Source of the DNA: Pirellula staleyi DSM 6068
GTDB taxonomy: Bacteria; Planctomycetota; Planctomycetia; Pirellulales; Pirellulaceae
Assembly (NCBI GenBank): GCA_000025185.1
Contig: CP001848.1
Coordinates: 420,001-452,000 of the forward strand
Direction: 5' to 3'
DNA: 32,000 bases
This document shows, piece after piece, positions 1 through 8,400 of this stretch (within the stretch, counting starts at the first letter, position 1; the number at the start of each line of letters is the position of its first letter). The notes below the pieces were generated by a model. The model searched no databases, was not told where the DNA came from, and worked only from the letters and a program-made list of their open reading frames with translations. The translations under genes were made by a program, and so were the position numbers.

Positions 1-1022
1 GCAGCAGCGATCCCTTTCTCGGCGTCGATCAGCACCTCGCCTAGGCGGCCTCGACTCACGCGTGCGTCGATCCAGCAATCGGTTGCGACAAGCGTTCCGC
101 GCGGTGTTGGTGAAGAAGCATTGGGGGAGAGTTCGGCATTCCAGCGCAGTGGCGAGGGGAGGCTTCGCCACGCGGTAAGTTCAGCCGCTGTGAGCTGCGC
201 ATCGCCATCGGTATCGAGCTGCTGATGGATCTCCGGTGAGAGACCACTTTCGGCTGCATCGAGCTTGGTGTCGCTCTGTTTGTCGCGGAGCGAGACCAGC
301 AGCGCGGCCCAGTGCGTGTCCTGTAGATCGATCGGCAAAAGGAGCGTCGAGCGTGACGAGAACTCCTCCCGATCAGTCGCTGCATCGCGCGGTGGCAGCA
401 TCCCGAGCGTCCCTGTCGCTCCGGGATACTCCCAATGACGAAGTAGTTCGCTCGACGAAAGAAGCTCATCGTCGTTGGTGTCGAGTTGCATCAGAGATGC
501 TTCGATTCTCGCAAGTTCCGCTGAATCGAGCGAACCATCGCCACTGGTATCAAGTGCGCGGAGCATGGCGACATGTAGATCGTCCTGACGGTCCGAGTTT
601 CCCATTCCCACAACGGATTGCCCCAAACCATGACGACGATAGTAAGCAGCCATCTCCAGCACGCTTACCTGGGCATCACGATTGGCGTCAATTTCCTCGA
701 GTGAAACGTGACGGGTGGAGTTAGGGGTGAAATTTCCCCAGAGAATTTGTCGTAGCGCGAGGGGCGAAGGGAGCAGTGCCACTTCGTCGGCATCAAGCAT
801 CCCATCCCCCGAGCGATCGCAGAACTGGTGCAGCTGATCGAACGACTCGTCCCAAATCGTGGTGAGACTCTTACCCTCCCAAGTGAGCTCAATCTCCAGC
901 AGCTCAAGTGAGCTGGCAGATTGCACGACAAGCTGCACGCGCGAAGCGGTGACTGTTTTTTGATCAGCGGGCTGGGTGCCGACTAAGCAGAGGGCGAGCA
1001 GAGCGAGCATGGCGCCGTTCAT
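1..1022 (-). CDS. Secreted EF-hand (Ca2+-binding loop) repeat protein; the 3' end runs off the window
   Basis: Absent from the ORF track because it is open to the window edge. My manual minus-strand translation from ATG 1022..1020 down to base 1 (340 codons) has no in-frame stop. The N-terminus MNGAMLALLALCLVG looks like a signal peptide. There are five 12-residue EF-hand-type loops: DRSGDGMLDADE, DANRDAQVSVLE, DTSGDGSLDSAE, DTNDDELLSSSE and DTDGDAQLTAAE. The ATG overlaps the TGA of the upstream DUF1501 gene (ATGA at 1019-1022). The track ORFs at 56..469, 236..724 and 665..931 are in other frames and lack motifs. Confidence 0.7.
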   Translation of the reverse strand, partial: MNGAMLALLALCLVGTQPADQKTVTASRVQLVVQSASSLELLEIELTWEGKSLTTIWDESFDQLHQFCDRSGDGMLDADEVALLPSPLALRQILWGNFTPNSTRHVSLEEIDANRDAQVSVLEMAAYYRRHGLGQSVVGMGNSDRQDDLHVAMLRALDTSGDGSLDSAELARIEASLMQLDTNDDELLSSSELLRHWEYPGATGTLGMLPPRDAATDREEFSSRSTLLLPIDLQDTHWAALLVSLRDKQSDTKLDAAESGLSPEIHQQLDTDGDAQLTAAELTAWRSLPSPLRWNAELSPNASSPTPRGTLVATDCWIDARVSRGRLGEVLIDAEKGIAA

Positions 1023-2314
1023 AACAGCTCCTTGATGAGGCGCGCTTCTGGATCGGCAATGCGAATCGGACGCCCGACGTTCGAAGCATTTTGCTTGCGC
1101 GGATCGATGCCGAGCGTGTGACAAATCGTGTGAATCAGATCGGGGACTCCCAGCGGCGCATCGGTGATTTCCATGCCGTCGGCGCTGGTCTTGCCGAGTG
1201 CTTGACCACCACGAATGCCACCACCTGCGAGAACGGTGCTCCACGATTTGGGCCAGTGATCCCGTCCACTGTTTTCGTTGATCTTGGGTGTGCGCCCGAA
1301 CTCTCCTTGCCAGACAACAAGGGTCGACTCCAGCAATCCACGGTCAGCTAGATCGTTTAGGAGTGCGGCGAAGGCGTTGTCGACGTTGCTCGAGAGCTGC
1401 GCGACCTGCTGAAAGTTATCGCGATGCGTATCCCAGCCATCGAGCGTCACTTCGACGAACGAAACACCGCGCTCGACAAGGCGACGTGCGAGCAAGCAAC
1501 CTTGCCCAAAGAGTGTGGTGCCATAAGCGGCGCGCGTTGCTGCGGACTCTTCCTCGAGCGCGAAAGCGCGACGTGCTGCGGGCTGCATCATCCGTAGCGC
1601 GCCAGCGGTTGCAGCTTCGATACCTCCGAGCACTTCACCTGTACGGCGCGCTGCTAAGGAGCGTTCCAGGTCGGCGAGCATAGCCAGCCGCGTTTGCTGC
1701 GAGGCATCGTCGAGCGATGGATGCGGCGCAAGATCGGCCACTTGCAAATCGGCCGGAACAATCGCCCGTTCTCCGACGAGCAGCGGCGCGGTGCTGGAGC
1801 CTAAAAAACCGCCACCCACCGTGCGCATCACGCGCGTTGGTGCCACGCTGATGAAGCGTGGCAAAGCCCCCTCCGCATCACCAATTTCATGACTAATCAA
1901 GGAGCCAAGAGCTGGAAACTGAATAGCCCCCTGCGGAGCATAGCCGGTACGCAGGAAAAACGATGCGCGCTCGTGGTCCCCTTCTTTCGAGGTCATCGAG
2001 CGCACGATCGCCAGATCCTTCATCCGCGCGGCCAGTTTAGGAAGATGCTCCGAAATCTGAATCCCAGGAACTGCGGTCTCTATCGTGCGGAACGGACCAC
2101 CGGTCGGCTTGCCTGGCTTTAAGTCCCACAGGTCCATCGTGGAGGGTCCACCGTTCATCCAGAGCACAATTACATGCTTCGCAAGAGTGGTTTCCTGGGG
2201 CGCTCCCTGGGCCAGTTGTCCGAGCCAACTTGCAGAAGCGGCAGCAGCTAGTGAAACGCCCCCTACCGACATTGTGCGGAGCCAGTCGCGACGATCGATT
2301 CGTGGAGCTCGCAT
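1019..2314 (-). CDS. DUF1501 domain protein (sulfatase/alkaline-phosphatase-like fold, Tat-exported)
   Basis: 431 aa. Twin-arginine signal RIDRRDWLRTMSVGGVSLAAAASA. Family-typical blocks VIVLWMNGGPSTMDLWDLKP, TKEGDHERA and WQGEFGRTPKINENSGRDHWP. ATG at 2314 with AGGA upstream. Confidence 0.9.
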   Translation of the reverse strand: MRAPRIDRRDWLRTMSVGGVSLAAAASASWLGQLAQGAPQETTLAKHVIVLWMNGGPSTMDLWDLKPGKPTGGPFRTIETAVPGIQISEHLPKLAARMKDLAIVRSMTSKEGDHERASFFLRTGYAPQGAIQFPALGSLISHEIGDAEGALPRFISVAPTRVMRTVGGGFLGSSTAPLLVGERAIVPADLQVADLAPHPSLDDASQQTRLAMLADLERSLAARRTGEVLGGIEAATAGALRMMQPAARRAFALEEESAATRAAYGTTLFGQGCLLARRLVERGVSFVEVTLDGWDTHRDNFQQVAQLSSNVDNAFAALLNDLADRGLLESTLVVWQGEFGRTPKINENSGRDHWPKSWSTVLAGGGIRGGQALGKTSADGMEITDAPLGVPDLIHTICHTLGIDPRKQNASNVGRPIRIADPEARLIKELL

Positions 2315-2445
2315 CGGCTAAATCCTGCTACTTTCCGTGAAATCTCTCAAGTGGGAACCGTAGGCCTATCACGCTGATGCATCGCGAGCGCGACGCTCGT
2401 TCCTGGGACAAATTGAAAACTGGAGCCGCGAAAAAGATTCTCGCA

Positions 2446-3366
2446 CTAATCGTGGGGAGTGGAACCTAGTTCATGGGGGTACAAAAGCTCGCCATTATCG
2501 CGCGTGATGGCTGCCAGCAAGATGTAGACATCGAGCGATTCGCTGACGAATCGGACTTTCCCATCGGCATACAACACATTGGCGCCGCGCTCGTGAAAAC
2601 TGTAGACCGCGTCGTCGTTGGTGCAGTTGACTGCGCATGGTCCAGGCCAGTCGCGGCCATTCTTTTGGTGACCATGCCCCTGGAAGTAAGTCCCTCCATC
2701 GGCCCAAGCGCCAAAGCCTCGCTGCTTGTACATCGGCTCAGCTTCTTTCTCGCGAAACACATACTTGGCAGGTGTTCCTGCCACTTCGGCCATGAGAGTC
2801 GTGCAGGAAGTTCCATCCCGAATTTCACGTGGCGGGCAAACTCCTTCACGCGAGAGAATTCCATTCACGCGAGTCGACTCGGGGAGAAAACCCGATTCGC
2901 GCACTTGGGGCGAAATGCGATTAGTCGCGAGATAGTCGAGCACAGCTCCACGGTAAGGATGCTGATTTCCCGGAAGCGTGCCGACTGCTATGCGACCGGG
3001 ATAGATTGCCGAGGGACATTCAAACTCACGTACTGGCGTAGCGATCGCTTCGGCATTCAGCGGATCGCTCCAGAAGACAGAGAAGTCATACTTCTCGGTA
3101 ATCGCTTCATGCCCCATGTAAGGCAAGAGTCGCACCACCCAGCCATGATTCACGGGAATGCGCGTGAAGACGGCCGGGTAGTGCCCCTGCTTATCGACAT
3201 ACTCTTGAAATCCCTTTCCAAAGGCTGTCAGGTTGGCAGTGCACGACTCTTTTCGCGCTAGTTCGCGCTGCTGAAGTATCAGCGGTGAGCCAATCGAGCC
3301 TGCCAGGACAAGCAAGACCAGTCCGATCATGCAATCGGTCCGCAGCGAGCTATCACGGTTGGTCAT
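2446..3366 (-). CDS. DUF1559-like protein with a degenerate N-terminus (no prepilin cleavage/methylation motif)
   Basis: Shares the DUF1559 C-terminal block with its two paralogs here: SFHERGANVLYADGKVRFVSES versus SFHPGGAYVLMGDGSAQFMSKT and SKHPGGTLFVFADGHTNFIPDT. It also has the WVVRLLPYMGHEAI block (compare WCALVLPFLEQTTL). The N-terminus is MTNRDSSLRTDCMIGLVLLVLAGSIG, a TM helix without the GFTLVEL motif. I prefer the ATG at 3366 (GAGAGG upstream) over the track start at 3435. Confidence 0.7.
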   Translation of the reverse strand: MTNRDSSLRTDCMIGLVLLVLAGSIGSPLILQQRELARKESCTANLTAFGKGFQEYVDKQGHYPAVFTRIPVNHGWVVRLLPYMGHEAITEKYDFSVFWSDPLNAEAIATPVREFECPSAIYPGRIAVGTLPGNQHPYRGAVLDYLATNRISPQVRESGFLPESTRVNGILSREGVCPPREIRDGTSCTTLMAEVAGTPAKYVFREKEAEPMYKQRGFGAWADGGTYFQGHGHQKNGRDWPGPCAVNCTNDDAVYSFHERGANVLYADGKVRFVSESLDVYILLAAITRDNGELLYPHELGSTPHD

Positions 3367-3419
3367 AGAAACCTCTCGATGCCTTACTACTGAATACCGA
3401 TCCATCCGACTGAACCAGC

Positions 3420-3863
3420 TCACTTGATATCCCACGGACCGAGCTGTGTGGTTGTTTCGTCGACCACCGCTTCAAACGCGGGAGCCTCGGGGCGCGAGAA
3501 CCTCCCTTGCAAACGATCAGGGCTAGGTCCTCGCGCATCGGGGTCGAGTGGCCAGTAGAGAGTCACCGCATAGCGGCCTTGCGGGATGCCGTCGTTGGTG
3601 TCGTAGGTCGTGACCTGAAACGTTCCATCGGGCAACACGCGCGCAAACGGAACATTCCCCTTCGACATCCCCACATCGCCGCGAGGATGAAACGTGAGGT
3701 AGGCCCCATGGGCGGGCGTGCCTTGAACCGAAAGCTGGCCTGTTACGGGAATCACATCGACTTCGGCATAACTGGCACGCTGACAGCCGATGGGGAGGAT
3801 TGTCGTCAGCATAAGGACCAGCAGCATCACGATTGAGCTGCGATGCAGCAAAAAGATTTGCAT
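3420..3863 (-). CDS. Small lipoprotein, carboxypeptidase-regulatory/transthyretin-like beta-sandwich type
   Basis: 147 aa. Signal peptide plus lipobox LPIGC. Pattern VTGQLSVQGTPAHGAYLTFHP...LPDGTFQV...GRYAVTL. AAGGAG lies 7 nt upstream of ATG 3863 and overlaps the stop of the DUF1559 gene (3875), which suggests one operon. Confidence 0.75.
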   Translation of the reverse strand: MQIFLLHRSSIVMLLVLMLTTILPIGCQRASYAEVDVIPVTGQLSVQGTPAHGAYLTFHPRGDVGMSKGNVPFARVLPDGTFQVTTYDTNDGIPQGRYAVTLYWPLDPDARGPSPDRLQGRFSRPEAPAFEAVVDETTTQLGPWDIK

Positions 3864-3874
3864 GACCGATCTCC

Positions 3875-4792
3875 TTAGGGAAGTGAAATCGGCTCGCCAT
3901 CACTGGGACGAATCAGTAGATACATCAGCTGAACAGGAATGGTCTTCGACATGAACTGCGCCGAGCCATCTCCCATCAACACATAAGCCCCACCGGGATG
4001 AAACGAGTAGATCCCTTCGAGATTGCTGCAATTCATCGCGCAGGGGCCATAGCGTGTGATTCCATCGTGGGTATAGCCACTGTAAAAGATTCGCTGGGGA
4101 GCGGCCCATGCTCCCCATTCATTGAACCAAGCTGGCTTGGAAGAGTCGGGGAGTTTTTTTCCTGCCGCATAGTAGTCGGGGCGACCAGCTAATTCGGAAA
4201 TACAAGCAGTGTTGGAAAGTCCGTCCGTCACATCGGCCATGCGTCCTTTGTTGGTATGCATCATCCCCGAGTCAGTCGATGGGGAATACTGCACAGGATC
4301 AATATAACCGACCAAGGCTTGATAATCGCCCGAGCGACTCGAGGTGGGAGGATTTCCAATGTCATTGATGGTGGCATTCGTATTATTCAGTATTAATACA
4401 GGACCACCTGGCGTCGAAGGACAGGAGAATACTTTTAAGACCTGCTGAGTAGCCACTTCATTTTCACGATCCCAATAGTCGAAGCTAAAATTATAACTAT
4501 TCTGCAGGGTAGTTTGCTCGAGGAACGGTAGCACTAAAGCGCACCAGCCATGCCGTGGCTTACTGACTCGGTCGAGTGGAAATCGGTTGTGCACATCATG
4601 GTAGTTGTGGAGCGCAAGCCCCATTTGCTTCATATTATTGCCGCAACTCATGCGCCGTGCCGCTTCTCGAGCCGCCTGAACAGCAGGCAGCAAGAGCGCC
4701 ACTAAGACTCCTATGATGGCGATCACCACCAAGAGCTCTACCAGCGTGAAAGCCGATCTGCGGCGATGACGCTCAAAATGCAACCAAGTCAT
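3875..4792 (-). CDS. DUF1559 protein with a prepilin-type N-terminal cleavage/methylation domain
   Basis: 305 aa. N-terminus RRRSAFTLVELLVVIAIIGVLVALLLPAVQAAREAARRMSCGNNMKQMGLALHNYHD. C-terminus SFHPGGAYVLMGDGSAQFMS. Confidence 0.9.
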   Translation of the reverse strand: MTWLHFERHRRRSAFTLVELLVVIAIIGVLVALLLPAVQAAREAARRMSCGNNMKQMGLALHNYHDVHNRFPLDRVSKPRHGWCALVLPFLEQTTLQNSYNFSFDYWDRENEVATQQVLKVFSCPSTPGGPVLILNNTNATINDIGNPPTSSRSGDYQALVGYIDPVQYSPSTDSGMMHTNKGRMADVTDGLSNTACISELAGRPDYYAAGKKLPDSSKPAWFNEWGAWAAPQRIFYSGYTHDGITRYGPCAMNCSNLEGIYSFHPGGAYVLMGDGSAQFMSKTIPVQLMYLLIRPSDGEPISLP

Positions 4793-4925
4793 TTCTCAAA
4801 TTCCCCGAAACGTTGGGATATGCTGGGTAATCGACCAAATGGCTATAACGTCCATCTGTCGACGCCTGATGTTGATACAAATACGAGAGATTCGACAAAG
4901 AATCGCAAGCTGGGTTCTGGAGTCT

Positions 4926-6566
4926 TTAAGGAACGATTTGAAACTCGCTACTATTGAGGAGTGCCCAGAGCAGATGCGAGATCGTGCGCCGACGAGCATC
5001 TGAGTTGGTTGTGGGATCTAAATACTTAGAGAGGATTTGTTGCTCGCTCATGGTAGGAAAGCGATTGAGAGTCATCAAAAAGAGTGACTCCAACTGCTCG
5101 GTTGGGCCCAGGAACGGTGCATCGGCAATTGCCAGGACTGCAGGACTAGATTTTGGATCAGTCACACGCGCGATGAGCGAGCCGTTCATGAGCGTGAGTG
5201 ACTGGGGAATCGATCGTGTAGCAGCACGTGTCGAGTCGTCTTGAAAACGATCGAGAAAACTCTCGCGTTCCGAGCGATCGTACGACACGCTTTCCTCCGC
5301 ACGCTCCCAGGGAATGCCAGCGGCAACATGCAGACTGATATCGAGCTGCTCGGCGTTTAGCAGTCGCGCGGCAGGTGAGGTGAAGTAAGGAAAATCAGCT
5401 CCTTCACTGGCTCGAGTGGCTGAGTCGTCAGCCCCTTGATAGGCACGTGAGTTGACGATCGAGGCGATGAGAAGTCGGGCGTCGAAATCGCTGGCAACCA
5501 GTGCGCGCTCAAGTTCATCAAGCAGTTCGGGATGCGTCGGTTTATTTTCGTCGGAAAGATCATCGAGAGGCTCGACAATTCCTCGACCGAAATACTTGGC
5601 CCAGAGACGATTGACGATGGCGCGAGCAAACAGCCGATTACTCGGCGATGTGGCCCAGGCGGCAAACATCTCGCGACCGGAGTCGCGATTTGGCTGCTCG
5701 GGCCACTCGAGCGTTTCCGCTGTGAAGAGCTTGGCTTCGACCACACGATCGCTGTTAGGAATCTTGATTTTCAGCTCACCCGCTGCAGCTTCGGTTCCAG
5801 CGTCTGTACGAACAAAAAATGCCGCCGTCTGCCAAAACTCTTCTTGGCTCCATCGCGAAAAGGGATGATCGTGGCACTGAGCGCAATCGAGATTAACTCC
5901 CAGAAAGGCGCGCGATGCGTTGGCAGCAATTAGCTCCGGTTGATACTGCGATATCGCCAGGAACGAGCGTGGCGCATCCTCGAAAGTAGCAGAGTTTGTC
6001 GAGCCTTTAGATTGTGGCGAGATTCTTTGTGGCGCAAGCAGCTGTTGGGCGATGGTGTTGAGCGGCTGACGACGCGCGATGGCATCGAGCAGCCATGCTT
6101 CCGCAGGCCGCGCGAGAGGGGCGAACTGCGGTGTCTCGGTCTGAGGCATCCAAGACTTACGCCAAAATCTGGCTTGCTCGCGGAGGTGCGTGGGAGTTTC
6201 CAAAAGTCGGACGATCAGCTGGGCTCGCTTGTGTGGGTCGCGATCATCTAAGAAGGTGCGGGTCTCATTCGCAGTGGGGATCCGTCCGACCAGGTCGAGC
6301 ATCACGCGGCGCAAGAAGGTGGCGTCAGAAGCTGGCAAAGGGGCGGGGAGCGACGCATCGGACCAAGCGTGCGATAGATGAGCGTCGATCTTCGCTGTTA
6401 GCTCGGGCTGGTCGATTGCCCAGAGGGTGTGCGCGACAGTTTGCAGTGCGAGCAGCAAGGCGAGTGCGGCGAGCTTTGCCCTCGACAGCCACGCAACTGC
6501 AGCCGAGCAGCGAAACGTTTGCGCAGCCAGCCTGATCAGGGTGCCCCCTGACGGATTGTGCCCCAT
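4926..6566 (-). CDS. DUF1549/DUF1553 (PSCyt2/PSD1-type) protein
   Basis: FLRRVMLDLVGRIPTANETRTFLDD (DUF1549), the CAQCHDHPFSRW motif, and a C-terminus ending LLNSSEFQIVP (DUF1553 style). The track start at 6596 is TTG. The in-frame ATG at 6566 (MGHNPSGG..) sits ahead of the hydrophobic AKLAALALLLALQTVA, so the start is uncertain by 10 codons. Confidence 0.85.
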   Translation of the reverse strand: MGHNPSGGTLIRLAAQTFRCSAAVAWLSRAKLAALALLLALQTVAHTLWAIDQPELTAKIDAHLSHAWSDASLPAPLPASDATFLRRVMLDLVGRIPTANETRTFLDDRDPHKRAQLIVRLLETPTHLREQARFWRKSWMPQTETPQFAPLARPAEAWLLDAIARRQPLNTIAQQLLAPQRISPQSKGSTNSATFEDAPRSFLAISQYQPELIAANASRAFLGVNLDCAQCHDHPFSRWSQEEFWQTAAFFVRTDAGTEAAAGELKIKIPNSDRVVEAKLFTAETLEWPEQPNRDSGREMFAAWATSPSNRLFARAIVNRLWAKYFGRGIVEPLDDLSDENKPTHPELLDELERALVASDFDARLLIASIVNSRAYQGADDSATRASEGADFPYFTSPAARLLNAEQLDISLHVAAGIPWERAEESVSYDRSERESFLDRFQDDSTRAATRSIPQSLTLMNGSLIARVTDPKSSPAVLAIADAPFLGPTEQLESLFLMTLNRFPTMSEQQILSKYLDPTTNSDARRRTISHLLWALLNSSEFQIVP

Positions 6567-6873
6567 AGAAATACCAGCCGACGCACGGACCCACAAAGGT
6601 CCATCAACGCACTAGAGTGATTCGTCGCGTGCTGGCTGAAACTAGCTGGCAGATGGGTTGATCGAATGCAATTCGTGCGCCGTGACGCTCCGCCCTGAGC
6701 ATCCGGAATAGCAACCACCATATTTCCTGCTGATATTTGTTGACTTAACCACCCATACGATGGAACCCAAAGACTATTTCGGTGGAATACAACTTTGAAT
6801 GAACCTTTGCCATCGTTTTGAGCGAGCACTGAAGGGCTTTCAGATTAACTGCGATCCGGGGGCTGAGTGACGT

Positions 6874-6899
6874 TTGGCGCGACACCGGTGTCGCGCCAA
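6874..6899. repeat. Perfect 26-bp palindrome TTGGCGCGACACCGGTGTCGCGCCAA (11-bp GC-rich stem, CCGG centre)
   Basis: Read directly; the sequence equals its own reverse complement. It lies in an approximately 800-bp stretch with no convincing gene, between the divergent genes starting at 6566 (-) and 7395 (+). No U/T tract follows on either strand. Confidence 0.8.
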
Positions 6900-7394
6900 G
6901 CGAAAAGCTTCTCGCTAACCCAGCCCATGGCAGGTGACGCCTGAAACCGTCGGATTCAGCCTCTTTTCCTCGACTTTCTCTTCGAAGACGGCCGATTCTA
7001 ACCCCATCGACTTGACATACATCACTAAAACGATAAACTTAGTCGCATCGCCGCTCCGACAACGGGGGCGATTGATAGTCAGCTCTATTTCTGAGCGTGC
7101 TTGCTCACTGGGAATACCGGAGGCAGCCGCAGACTCGCAGGAGTCTCGCATGGCCCCCTTCGCATCTTTTGCCCAGCTTCCATCGCCGCAGGCGAAACCA
7201 GCTTTTGGCACCTCTGTGGGTCGCCGATCGAGCGTTTGGTGCTTGAGCCATTTCCAACTTGCCAGTAGCCGCAGAGTCACCGCTCAGCACGCCTCAACTG
7301 CTTGCCAGATTGCGGCAAAGCGACGCTAAAGTCTGCAATAACTACTTAATAACTAACGATTTATTTCGTTCTTCTTATTACGAAAGTCTTCACG

Positions 7395-8345
7395 ATGTTA
7401 ACTGCGTCTTCCTATCGCTGGCGACGAGGCTTTACGCTTGTCGAACTGCTCGTTGTGATTGCCATCATCGGGGTTTTGGTCGCGCTGCTGCTACCAGCCG
7501 TTCAAGCGGCGCGCGAAGCGGCCCGACGTTCGCAGTGCAACAACAACCTGAAACAAATCGGCATCGCCTTTCACAACTATCACGACACGCATGGGGTCCT
7601 GCCGCCAGGCGCGATTCACTCCAATGTGAACGTGAGCGCGGTGGCTCGCGCGGGCTGGGGCTGGGGAACATTCATCCTTCCGTTCATCGAACAAAGTGCG
7701 CTCTACGAGAAACTCCAAGTCAGCTCGCGCGAGCTGCATCAGGTGATGAACAACACCACGCTTCGACCGATCACACAAACGAAAATTCCCGGTTATCGCT
7801 GCCCAAGTGGCGTTTCGCCCGACCTGAACGATCAGCGGCTGTTCACCAACTACGACAACACCGCCGCTGCCACGTCGAACTATGTCGGCGTTTCCGGAAC
7901 GCGCTGGGGCGGTGCAGAAGACTGGGTTGTCAACGGCCAAGATGCTTTTGGCGCGCTCTGGGTTTCTAGCCGCATTCGGCTCGCCGATTTCACCGACGGC
8001 ACAAGCAACACCTTTCTCGTTGGCGAACGTGAGTGGGACGACCTTGCCGCCGTGTGGGTGGGTGTGCGCAACTACAACGGCACGGGGGATAACGGCATGC
8101 GACAGAACATGGGGCTCGTGAACGTGAAGCCCAACATCGGTGGTGATCCCGGAAAACATGGTTTCTCGAGCAAGCATCCCGGCGGCACGCTGTTTGTATT
8201 TGCCGACGGTCACACCAATTTTATTCCTGACACAATTCACTTCGACAACACGAATCTGAATGCCAACAACGGCAATACCGCCAACATGGGAACCTATCAG
8301 CGCCTCGGGCGTCGCAACGATGGCGAACCAGTTTCTATTCCTTAA
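7395..8345 (+). CDS. DUF1559 protein with a prepilin-type N-terminal cleavage/methylation domain
   Basis: 316 aa. N-terminus WRRGFTLVELLVVIAIIGVLVALLLPAVQAAREAARRSQCNNNLKQIGIAFHNYHD. C-terminus SKHPGGTLFVFADGHTNFIPDT. An AT-rich leader lies at 7320-7394. Confidence 0.9.
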   Translation: MLTASSYRWRRGFTLVELLVVIAIIGVLVALLLPAVQAAREAARRSQCNNNLKQIGIAFHNYHDTHGVLPPGAIHSNVNVSAVARAGWGWGTFILPFIEQSALYEKLQVSSRELHQVMNNTTLRPITQTKIPGYRCPSGVSPDLNDQRLFTNYDNTAAATSNYVGVSGTRWGGAEDWVVNGQDAFGALWVSSRIRLADFTDGTSNTFLVGEREWDDLAAVWVGVRNYNGTGDNGMRQNMGLVNVKPNIGGDPGKHGFSSKHPGGTLFVFADGHTNFIPDTIHFDNTNLNANNGNTANMGTYQRLGRRNDGEPVSIP

Positions 8346-8400
8346 TCAGGTCGCTCGATTGCCTGTAGTCTCGCTTCTCGAAGGTGTGGAGATTTGTGTT

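Noticed and set aside
6915-7329. Overlapping opposite-strand ORFs of 121 aa (minus, GTG start) and 131 aa (plus) in the 6.6-7.4 kb gap
   Set aside because: I recognised no motifs. The plus-strand ORF is Ser-rich, and they exclude each other. The only support is the palindrome 15 nt after the minus ORF stop, so I report them as an open question in a finding rather than as features.
7491-8240. Long ORFs antisense to well-supported genes. This one is 249 aa. Others are 10486-11244, 15042-15743, 19398-20324, 24649-25443, 2473-3261 and 30112-30960.
   Set aside because: Each lies fully inside, and opposite to, a gene with strong family motifs. Their compositions are Arg/Gly/His-rich and motif-less. 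They are antisense open frames expected from GC-rich codon bias.
8260-8400. 5' extension of the lipoprotein ORF overlapping the DUF1559 C-terminus
   Set aside because: The extension is out of frame with the real DUF1559 end. The signal peptide and lipobox begin at ATG 8401, which has its own GGAG.
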